Assembly (NCBI GenBank): GCA_965222605.1
Contig: OZ244960.1
Coordinates: 1,248,001-1,312,000 of the forward strand
Direction: 5' to 3'
DNA from: Candidatus Latescibacterota bacterium
Lineage (GTDB): Bacteria; Latescibacterota; UBA2968
DNA length: 64,000 nucleotides
In this document: piece after piece, positions 10,901 through 22,900 of the stretch
Layout: the number at the start of each line of letters is the position of its first letter
Position numbering within the stretch: position 1 is the first letter of the stretch
Program-made: the position numbers and the translations under genes
Notes under the pieces: generated by a model
The model's input: the letters and a program-made list of their open reading frames with translations, nothing else
Told to the model about the DNA's origin: nothing
Databases searched by the model: none

Positions 10901-13900
10901 CTGGCCCTGTATTATCAGGTACTGTCCAACTCACCTTCAGACTGTTAAGCGTCACTGCTGCTATCGTCGGAACAGATGGCTTACCTGGTGCTTCGTTCAC
11001 ATCACTCACTGTCACAGTAAGCGTCTGTGTCGTTGTCAGAACACGATCACCTGCCCCACCCGTCGCTGTAACGATCACGATGTATTCATTGTTATTGGCT
11101 GCATTGGCTGGGTCTGCGCTGACAACATCCTCTGGACGTTCATAATCCAGCGCAGTCTTGAAGCTCAACACGCCCGTATTTGAAACAATCTCGAACTGAT
11201 CCTTATCTACACCACCTGTGATAGCATAGCCTGTGATAGTGTCATCACTATCGGCATCTGTCGCTGTCACTGTCACAACCGATGTGCTGTTCTCATTCAC
11301 GGAGATCGCTGATACGCTTGTGAACACGGGTGCTACATCGGCCTTTGTCGTCCCTGCAACGGAGGTTGACCATCCACTCGTCCCTTCATCATTACTCGCA
11401 CGCACTTGAATATCATAACCTGTGTTCTGACTTAGGCTGCCAATCGTGTATGCAAGATTACCTCCATTATTACTCGTCCACGCATCCGCAACCTCTGTCC
11501 ACTTCGTATCATCTGCCTTATCAGAGGTACTGGCACTACTGAGGATGTAGCGCATGTCATAACTACTAATATCAGGACCTGTGTTCGTCGGCGCGCTCCA
11601 CTGCACCTTCAGGCTATTCAATGTTACTTCTGCCACTGTCGGGGTATCAGGCACACCGGGTGCTTCGTTCACATCACTCACTGTCACCGTAAGCGTCTGT
11701 GTAGCGGTCAACGCACGATCACCTGTACCACTCGTCGCTTCTACCACCACAATGTACTTATTATTCTTCTCAGCATTGGCTGGGTCTGTGCTGACAACAT
11801 CCTCTGGACGCTCATAGTCCAGCGCAGTCTCGAAGCTCAACACGCCGGTCTGGTCATCAATCTCAAACTGGTCCTTATCTACACCCCCCGTAATCGCATA
11901 GCCCTTGATGCTATCATCGTTATCAACATCTGTCGCTGTCACTGTCACAATAGCACCTGTGCTGTTCTCATTCACGGAGATCGCTGATACGCTTGTGAAC
12001 ACGGGCACTACATTGGCCTTTGTCGTCTCTGCAACCGACGACGACCAACTACTCGTCCCTTCATCGTTCTTTGCACGCACTTGAATATCATAGCTTGTAT
12101 TCTGACTCAGACTACCAATCGTGTATGCAAGATTACCTCCATTATTACCCGTCCACGCATCCGCATCCACCGTCCACTTGGCGTCATCTGCCTTATCTGT
12201 CTCACTGGCACTGCTGAGGATATAACGCACATCATAAGCACTGATCGCAGGTCCCGTGTTCGTCGGGGCTGTCCAACTGATCTTTAAACTATTAAATGTC
12301 GCCTCTGCTACTGTCGGTGCTGAAGGCGTGCCAGGGACTTCTGTCTCATCTGTCACCGTCACGGTAAGCGTCTGCGTCGCTGTCAACGCACGATCACCCG
12401 CACCACTCGTCGCTTCTACAATCACGATGTATTCATTATTACCCGCTACATTGGCTGGGTCTGCAACCGCGACATCAGTGGGCGACTCATAGTTCGGGGC
12501 CACATTGAACGTCAGCACACCGGTTGCTTCCACAATAGAGAACGCTGACCCATCTGCGCCACCTGTAATCTCATACCCTGTGATCGTATCATCTGTATCT
12601 GCATCCGTCGCACTCACCGTGACAATAACCCCTGTGATGTTCTCACTGACTGACAGAGGCTGGACAACCACGAAGACTGGGGCCTGATTCTGCGTGGTCA
12701 TACCAGCCTTTGTAGCTGACCAATCACTGGTCCCCTCATCATTCTCTGCGCGAACCTGCACATCATAGCTTGTGTTCTGACTCAGACTACCAATCGTGTA
12801 TTCCAAAGAACCACTCGTCCACGCATCTGTCACCTCTGTCCAATTGCTATCATCTGTTTTATCTGTGTCACTCGCACTGGTCAAGATATAACGCACATCG
12901 TAGGCACTAATATCAGGACCCGTGTTCGTCGGCGCACTCCAACTGATCTTCAAGCTGTTAAACGTCGCTTCTGCTATCGTCGGTGCAGCAGGCGCAGCAG
13001 GCGGTTCAGTCACATCTGTCACTGTGATGGTAAGCGTCTGTGTTGCTGTCAGTTCCCGATCACCTTCACCACTCGTCGCTTCAACGAACACAATGTATTC
13101 ATTGTTGTCCGCATTATTCTCAGGATCAGTTACTGCTACATCCTTTGGATCCTCATAATTGGGCACTGCCTTGAACGTCAGCACACCGGTAGATGCTCCA
13201 ATAGAGAACTGCTCCCCATCCGCGCCAGTAGCAATCCCATAACTTTCTATATCATCACCCGTATCTGCATCACTCGCCGTCACCGTCACGATATCCGCCG
13301 TGCTGTTCTCACTCAGAGTGAACGATGATGCACTCGTGATAACTGGTGCGACATTGGCCTGTGTCATACCTGCAACAGTATCTGACCAACCACTGGTCCC
13401 TTCATCATTCTCTGCACGCACCTGCACATCGTAGCTTGTGTCCTGGTCCAGACTGCCAATCGTGTATTCGAGATTACCACCATTACCACTTGTCCACGCA
13501 TCCTCAACCTCTGTCCAGTTGGCATCTACATTCTCATCTGCACTGGTCGGAATGTAGCGTATATCATAACTACTGATCGCAGGTCCCGTGTTCGTCGGCG
13601 CACTCCAACTCACCTTCAGGCTATTAAATGTGGCTTGTGCTATCGTCGGGGCTGCGGGCTTACCGGGTGCCTCATTGTCCTGATCCGTCACGGTGATGGT
13701 AAGCGTATCTCTTGCCGTCAACGCTCGGGCATTCTCCCCACCTGTCGCTTCAACAATCACGATGTATTCATTATTATCCGCTGCATTGTCATTATCTGAA
13801 TTGTTCGCATCAGTAAAAGCCACATCCTCAGGATCCTCATAGTTTGGGGAGGACTTGAACGTCAATACACCGGTCGCTTCACCAAGAGAGAACTGTGACC

Positions 13901-16900
13901 CATCTGCACCAGTAACAATAGCATAGCCGGTGATATTATCATCACCATCTGCATCCGTCGCAGTGACTGTCACAATGGCTCCTGTGCTGTTCTCATTCAC
14001 TGACTGCGGCTGGACAACCACGAAGACTGGGGCCTGATTCTGCGTGGTCATACCAGCCTTTGTAGCTGACCAATTACTTGTCCCTTCAGCATTCTCTGCG
14101 CGCACTTGTACATCATAGCTCGTGTTCGAAGACAGGTTCTCTATTGTGTAGGTCAGATCACCACTCGTCCACGCATCATCCTCCACCGTCCAGTTGGCGT
14201 CCACGTTCTCATCCTCACTGCTGAGGATATAACGCACATCATAAGCAGTGATAGATGGTCCTGTGTTCGTCGGCGCACTCCATTGCACTTTTAGGCTATT
14301 AAATGTCGCTTCTGCTATCGTCGGGGTGGCAGGCGTGCCTGGTGCTTCGCCAGCCACATTACTCACTGTCACTGTAATCGTCTGCGTTGCCGTCAACTCA
14401 CGATCACCCACACCACTCGTCGCTTCTACAATCACGATATACGCGTTATCCGTATCACTATCCCCTGGACGCTCAAAGTCCGGCGCAGTCTTGAAAGTCA
14501 ACGCACCGGTCTGGTCATCAATCTCAAACTGAGACTCATCTGCGCCACCTGTAATCTCATACCCTGTGATATTGTCGTCCGTATCACTGTCTGCTGCTGT
14601 CACTGTGACAACATCTGCTGTGCTGTTCTCACTCACTGAAATCGTTGACGTACTCGAGATGACTGGTGCGACATTGGCCTGTGTCACACCTGCAACAGTA
14701 TCTGACCAGCCACTGATCCCTTCATCATTCTCTGCACGCACTTGCACATCGTAGCTTGTGTTCTGGTCCAGGCTACTAATCGTGTATTCGAGATTGCCAC
14801 CATTACCACTTGTCCACGCATCCTCAACCTCTGTCCAGTTGTTGTCATTTGCTTTATCTACGTCACTTGCACTACTGAGGATGTAACGCACATCATAAGC
14901 AGTTATAGATGGTCCTGTGTTCTCAGGGGCGGTCCATTCTACCTTCAGGCTATTAAACGTCGCTTCTGCTATCGTCGGCGTAGCAGGCACACCGGGTGCC
15001 TCTGTCTCCACATCACTCACTGTCACGGTAAGCGTCTGTGTTGCTGTCAGTTCCCGATCACCTGCACCACTCGCCGCTTCTACAATCACGATGTATTCAT
15101 TATCACCCGCTCCACTTGCTGGGTCTGCAACCGCGACATCAGTGGGAGACTCATAGTTCGGGGCTACATTGAACGTCAGCACACCGGTTGCTTCCACAAT
15201 AGAGAACGCTGACCCATCTGCAGCGTCAACTATCCCATACCCTGTGATGTCGTCCTCAGCATCATCGTCCGTCGCACTGACTGTCACAATGGCTGTGATG
15301 ATGTTCTCACTCACGGTGATCGGCGCGACAGCAGCGAAGACCGGTCCCTGGTTTTCTACCGTCACCCCTGCAACAGTATCTGACCAGCCACTTATGCCTT
15401 CATCATTCTCTGCGCGAACCTGCACATCATAGCTTGTGTTCTGGTCCAGGCTGCCAATCGTGTATTCCAAAGAACCACTCGTCCACGCATCTTCTACCAC
15501 CGTCCAGTTGGCGTCATCTGTCTCATCTGCATTCGTCAGGATATAACGCACATCATAGGCACTAATATCAGGACCCGTGTTCGTCGGCGCACTCCATTCC
15601 ACCTTCAGACTATTAAACGTCGCTTCTGCTATCGTCGGCGTAGCTGGCTGATCCGGTGCCTCATTCACATCCGTCACGGTCACTGTAATTATCTGTGTTG
15701 TTGTCAACTCACGATCACCCGCACCACCCGTTGCTTCAACGAACACAATGTATTCATTGTTGTCCGCATCATTCTCAGGATCAGTTACTGCTACATCCTT
15801 TGGATCCTCATAATTGGGTGATGCCTTGAATGTCAGCACGCCCGTCGCTTCAACGATGGAGAACTGTGACCCATCTGCACCGGTAATGATCGCATACCCT
15901 GTGATGCCGTCATCCTCATCTGCATCTGTTGCTACTACTGTGCCAACTGTTGTGGCTGTCGTGATGTTCTCCGATACGGTGAACGATGAGACACTTGTAA
16001 TGACTGGCGCCTGGTTCTGTATCGTTGTCCCTGTCACCGATGAAGACCACGCGCTTGTCCCTTCATCACTCTCTGCACGCACTTGCACATCGTAGCTTGT
16101 GTTCTGGTTCAGGCTGCCAATCGTGTATTCCAAAGAACCACTCGTCCACGCATCTTCAACCTCTGTCCACTTCGTATCATCTGTCTCATCTGCACTGGTT
16201 AGAATGTAGCGTATATCATAAGCACTGATCGCAGGTCCTGTGTTCGTTGGGGCGGTCCAACTGTTCTTTAAACTATTAAACGTCGCCTCTGCTATCGTCG
16301 GTGTAGCAGGCTGACCCGGCGCCTCGGTCACATCGCTCACAGTGATCGTCAGTGTATCCCTTGCTGTCAGCGCTCGACTATCCGCACCACCCGTCGCCTC
16401 AACGAACACAATGTATTCATTGTTGTCCGCATCATTCTCAGGATCAGTTACCGCTACATCCTTTGGATCCTCATAGTTGGGGGCTACCTTGAAGGTCAAC
16501 ACGCCAGTAGATGCACCAATAGAGAACGCTGACCCATCTGCACCTGTAGCAATCCCATAACTTTCTATATCATCATCTGTATCAGCATCACTCGCCGTCA
16601 CCATCACGATATCTGCTGTGCTGTTCTCACTGACTGTAAACGATGATGCACTCGTAATGACCGGAGCCTGATTCGCACTCGTTGTCCCACTGACCGTATC
16701 TGACCATGCACCCGTCCCTTCATCATTCTCTGCGCGAACCTGCACATCGTAGCTTGTGTTCTGGTCCAGACTGCCAATCGTGTATTCCAAAGAACCACTC
16801 GTCCACGCATCCTCAACCTCTGTCCAGTTGGCGTCATCTGTCTCATCGGCACTGGTCAGAATGTAGCGCACATCGTAGGCACTAATCGCAGGTCCCGTGT

Positions 16901-19900
16901 TCGTCGGTGCGTTCCACACTACCTTTAAGCTATTAAACGTTGCTTCTGCTATCGTCGGTGCTGAAGGTGTGCCAGGGACTTCTGTCACATCTGTCACTGT
17001 CACGGTAAGCGTCTGTGTTGCTGTCAGTTCCCGATCACTTGCACCACCCGTCGCAGAGACCACCACGATATATTCATTATTACCCGCTACATTGGCTGGG
17101 TCTGTAACCGCGACATCAGTGGGCGACTCATAGTTCGGGGCCACATTGAACGTCAGCACACCGGTTGCTTCCATAATAGAGAACGCTGACCCATCTGCAG
17201 CGTCAACTATCCCATACCCTGTGATGTCGTCCTCAGCATCATCGTCCGTCGCACTGACTGTCACAATGGCTGTGATGATGTTCTCACTCACGGTGATCGG
17301 CGCGACAGCAGCGAAGACCGGTCCCTGGTTTTCTACCGTCACACCTGCAACAGTATCTGACCAGCCACTTATGCCTTCATCGTTCTCTGCGCGCACTTGC
17401 ACATCATAGCTTGTGTTCTGACTCAGACTGCTAATCGTATATTCAAGAGTACCACCATCACCACTTGTCCACGCATCCGCATCCACCGTCCACTTGGCGT
17501 CATCTGTCTCATCTGCACTGGTCAGAATATAGCGCACATCATAGGCACTAATATCAGGACCCGTGTTCGTCGGCGCACTCCATTCCACCTTCAGACTGTT
17601 AAATGTCGCCTCTGCTATCGTCGGGGCATCGGGTGTGCCGGGAGCCTCTGTATCCACATCCATCACTGTCACCTTGATCGTATCCATTGCCGTCAGTGCG
17701 CGCGCACCTGCACCACCCGTCGCAGAGACGATTACGATATATTCATTATTGCCTGCAACATTGTCATTGGCAGAATTGTTCGAATCGGTAAATTGAACAT
17801 CCTCAGGAGCCTCATAGTTGGGGGCAGTCTTGAAGGTCAACACGCCAGTAGATGCACCAATAGAGAACTGTGCCCCATCTGCATCGTCAACAATAGCATA
17901 GCCGGTGATATTATCATCCTCATCTGCATCCGTCGCAGTGACTGTCACAATGGCTCCTGTGCTGTTCTCATTCACTGACTGCGGCTGGACAACCACGAAG
18001 ACTGGGGCCTGATTCTGCGTGGTCATACCAGCCTTTGTAGCTGACCAATCACTGGTCCCCTCATCATTCTTCGCGCGTACCTGCACATCGTAGCTTGTGT
18101 TCTGGTCCAGACTGCCAATCGTGTATTCCAAAGAACCACTCGTCCACGCATCCTCAACCTCTGTCCAGTTGGCGTCATCTGTCTCACTTGCACTCGTAAG
18201 AATGTAACGCACATCGTAGGCACTAATGGTAGGACCCGTGTTCGTCGGTGCGTTCCACACTACCTTTAAGCTATTAAACGTTGCTTCTGCTATCGTCGGT
18301 GCTGAAGGTGTGCCAGGGACTTCTGTCTCATCTGTCACTGTCACGGTAAGCGTCTGCGTTGCCGTCAACTCACGATCACCCACACCACTCGTCGCTTCTA
18401 CAATCACGATGTATTCATTATCACCCGCTCCACTTGCAGGGGCTGTGCTAACAACATCAGTAGGTGCCTCATAGTTGGGTGCTACCTTGAAAGTCAACAC
18501 ACCCGTCGCTTCAACGATGGAGAACTGTGACCCATCTGCACCGGTAATGATCGCATACCCTGTGATGCCGTCATCCTCATCTGCATCTGTTGCTACTACT
18601 GTGCCAACTGTTGTGGCTGTCGTGATGTTCTCCGATACGGTGAACGATGAGACACTTGTAATGACTGGCGCCTGGTTCTGTATCGTTGTCCCTGTCACCG
18701 ATGAAGACCACGCGCTTGTCCCTTCATCACTCTCTGCGCGAACCTGCACATCGTAGCTCGTGTTCTGGTCCAGGCTACTAATCGTGTATTCGAGATTGCC
18801 ACCATTACCACTTGTCCACGCATCCTCAACCTCTGTCCAGTTGGCGTCATCTGTCTCATCCACACTGGTCAGGATATAACGCACATCATAACCACTAATA
18901 TCTGGTCCTGTGTTTGTCGGTGCTGTCCATTCTATCTTCAAGCTGTTCACCGTTGCTTCTGCTATCGTCGGGGCAGCAGGCGTGCCAGGGACTTCTGTCA
19001 CATCACTCACCGTCACTGTAAGCGTCTGCGTTGCCGTCAACGCACGATCACCCACACCACTCGTCGCTTCTACAATCACGATGTATTCATTATTACCCGC
19101 TACATTGGCTGGGTCTGCAACCGCGACATCAGTGGGCGACTCATAGTTCGGGGCTACATTGAACGTCAGCACACCGGTTGCTTCCACAATAGAGAACGCT
19201 GACCCATCTGCAGCGTCAACTATCCCATACCCTGTGATGTCGTCCTCAGCATCATCGTCCGTCGCACTGACTGTCACAATGGCTGTGATGATGTTCTCAC
19301 TCACGGTGATCGGCGCGACAGCAGCGAAGACCGGTCCCTGGTTTTCTACCGTCACCCCTGCAACAGTATCTGACCATGCACCCGTCCCTTCATCATTCTC
19401 TGCTCGCACTTGCACATCATAGCTCGTGTTCTGGTCCAGGCTGCCAATCGTGTATTCGAGATTGCCACCATTACCACTTGTCCACGCATCCGCATCCACC
19501 GTCCATTTAGAATCATCTGCCTTATCTGTCTCACTTGCACTGCTGAAAATGTAACGCACATCATAAGCACTAATATCAGGACCCGTGTTCGTTGGCGCAC
19601 TCCATTCCACCTTCAGACTATTAAATGTCGCCTCTGCTATCGTCGGTGTAGCTGGCTGACCCGGCACCTCGTCATCCTGATCCGTCACGGTGATGGTCAG
19701 TGTATCTCTTGCCGTCAACGCTCGGGCATTCTCCCCACCTGTCGCTTCAACGAACACAATGTATTCATTGTTGTCCGCATTATTCTCAGGATCAGTTACT
19801 GCTACATCCTTTGGATCCTCATAATTGGGCACTGCCTTGAACGTCAGCACACCGGTAGATGCTCCAATAGAGAACTGCTCCCCATCCGCGCCAGTAGCAA

Positions 19901-22900
19901 TCCCATAACTTTCTATATCATCACCCGTATCTGCATCACTCGCCGTCACCGTCACGATATCCGCCGTGCTGTTCTCACTGACTGTGAACGTTGATGCACT
20001 CGAGATGACTGGTGCGACATTGGCCTGTATCACACCTGCAACAGTATCTGACCAATCACTTATCCCTTCATCATTCTCTGCGCGAACCTGCACATCGTAG
20101 CTTGTGTTCTGGTCCAGGCTACTAATCGTGTATTCGAGATTACCACCATTACCACTTGTCCACACCTCCTCAACCTCTGTCCAGTTGGCATCTACATTCT
20201 CATCTGCACTGGTCGGAATGTAGCGTATATCATAACTACTGATCGCAGGTCCCGTGTTCGTCGGGGCTGTCCAGTTCACCTTCAGACTGTTAAACGTTGC
20301 TTCGGCTATCGTCGGGGCAGCAGGCGCAGCAGGTGGTTCAGTCACATCCGTCACCGTTACTGTCAGCGTATCTCTTGCTGTCAACGCTCGGGCATCCTCT
20401 CCGCCTGTGGCCTCAACATACACGATATATTCATTATCACCCGCTCCACTTGCTGGATCACTCACCAAAACATCAGTAGGTGCCTCATAGTTCGGGGAGG
20501 CACTGAAGGTCAACACGCCACTATCTGCCCCAATAGAGAACTGCCCTCCATCTGCACCTGTAGCAATGCCATAACTCTCAATGTCATCACCCGTATCTGC
20601 ATCACTCGCACTGATCGTCACGATATCACCCGTGCTATTCTCTGCCACACTAATCGCATCAATTAACGTAATAACTGGTGCAACATTCTCTGTAGTCATA
20701 CCCTCAACACTGTCCGACCAGCCACTTGTCCCCTCATCACTCTCAGCAAAAATCTGAACATCATACTCTGTATTCTGAGCCAATGGACTGATCGTATATT
20801 CAAGCGCGCCACCAGTACCACTCGTCCAGGCATCTTCTACCTCTGTCCACTTCGTATCATCTGCTTTATCTGTCTCACTGGCACTGCTGAGGATATAACG
20901 CACATCATAGGCACTGATCTCTGGTCCCGTGTTCGTCGGGGCTGTCCAACTCACCGTCAGGCTGTTAAATGTCGCCTCTGCTATCGTCGGTGCTGAAGGC
21001 GTGCCAGGGACTTCTGTCTCATCTGTCACCGTGACGGTAATCGTCTGCGTTACCGTCAACTCACGTGTACCTGTTCCACTCGTCGCCTCAACCACTACGA
21101 TATACTCATTATTGCCCGATGCATTCACAGGATCTGCACTAACAACATCCCCTGGATGCTCAAAGTCCGGCGCAGTCTTGAAAGTCAACGCACCGGTCTG
21201 GTCATCGATCTCAAACTGTGACCCATCTGCGCCACCTGTAATCTCATACCCTGTGATATTGTCGTCCGTATCACTGTCTGCTGCTGTTACAGTGACAACA
21301 TCTGCTGTGCTGTTCTCACTGACTGTGAACGTTGATGCACTCGAGATGACTGGTGCGACATTGGCCTGTATCACACCTGCAACAGTATCTGACCAATCAC
21401 TTATCCCTTCATCATTCTCTGCGCGAACCTGCACATCGTAGCTTGTGTTCTGGTCCAGGCTACTAATCGTGTATTCGAGATTACCACCATTACCACTTGT
21501 CCACACCTCCTCAACCTCTGTCCAGTTGGCATCTACATTCTCATCTGCACTGGTCAGAATGTAGCGTATATCATAAGCACTGATCGCAGGTCCCGTGTTC
21601 GTCGGAGCCGTCCATTCTACCTTCAGACTGTTAAACGTTGCTTCTGCTATCGTCGGTACAGCAGGCGCAGCTGGCGGTTCAGTCACATCCGTCACAGTGA
21701 TGGTAAGCGTATCCCGTACCGTCAACACTCGGGCATTCTCTCCACCTGTCGCTTCAACAATCACGATGTATTCATTATTATCCGCTGCATTGTCATTATC
21801 TGAATTGTTCGCATCAGTAAAAGCCACATCCTCAGGATCCTCATAGTTTGGGGAGGACTTGAACGTCAATACACCGGTCGCTTCACCAAGAGAGAACTGT
21901 GACCTATCTGCACCAGTAACAATGGCATACCCTGTGATACTATCATCTGCATCGGCGTCTGTCGCACTCACTGTGCCAACCGTTGTGGCTGTCGTAATGT
22001 TTTCACTCACGGTGAACGACGATGTGCTTGTAATCACTGGGGCCACATTCACACTCGTCATCCCTTTAACCGTATCTGACCAATCACTTGTCCCTTCATC
22101 ACTCTCAGCAAGAATCTGAACATCATACTCTGTATCCTGAGCCAATGGACTGATCGTGTATTCCAGCGCGCCACCAGTACCACTCGTCCAAGCATCTGTT
22201 ATCACCGTCCAGTTAGCATCATCTGTCTCATCGGCACTCGTCAGGATATACCGCACATCATAAGCACTAATAGCAGGTCCCGTGTTCGTCGGCGCTGTCC
22301 AGTTCACCTTCAAGCTATTAAATGTCGCCTGTGTTATCGTCGGGGCATCGGGTGTGCCGGGAGCCTCTGTATCCACATCCATCACCGTCACTTTGATCGT
22401 ATCCATTGCCGTCAGAACACGCGCACCTGCACCACCCGTCGCAGAGACGATTACGATATATTCATTATTGCCTGCAACATTGTCATTGGCAGAATTGTTC
22501 GAATCGGTAAATTGAACATCCTCAGGAGCCTCATAGTTGGGGGCAGTCTTGAAGGTCAACACGCCAGTAGATGCACCAATAGAGAACTGTGCCCCATCTG
22601 CATCGTCAACAATAGCATAGCCGGTGATATTATCATCCTCATCTGCATCCGTCGCAGTGACTGTCACAATGGCTGTGATGATGTTCTCACTCACGGTGAT
22701 CGGCGCGACAGCAGCGAAGACCGGTCCCTGGTTTTCTACCGTCACCCCTGCAACAGTATCTGACCATGCACCCGTCCCTTCATCACTCTCTGCACGCACT
22801 TGCACATCATAGCTTGTGTTCTGGTCCAGGCTGCCAATCGTGTATTCGAGATTGCCACCATTACCACTTGTCCACGCATCTTCAACCTCTGTCCACTTCG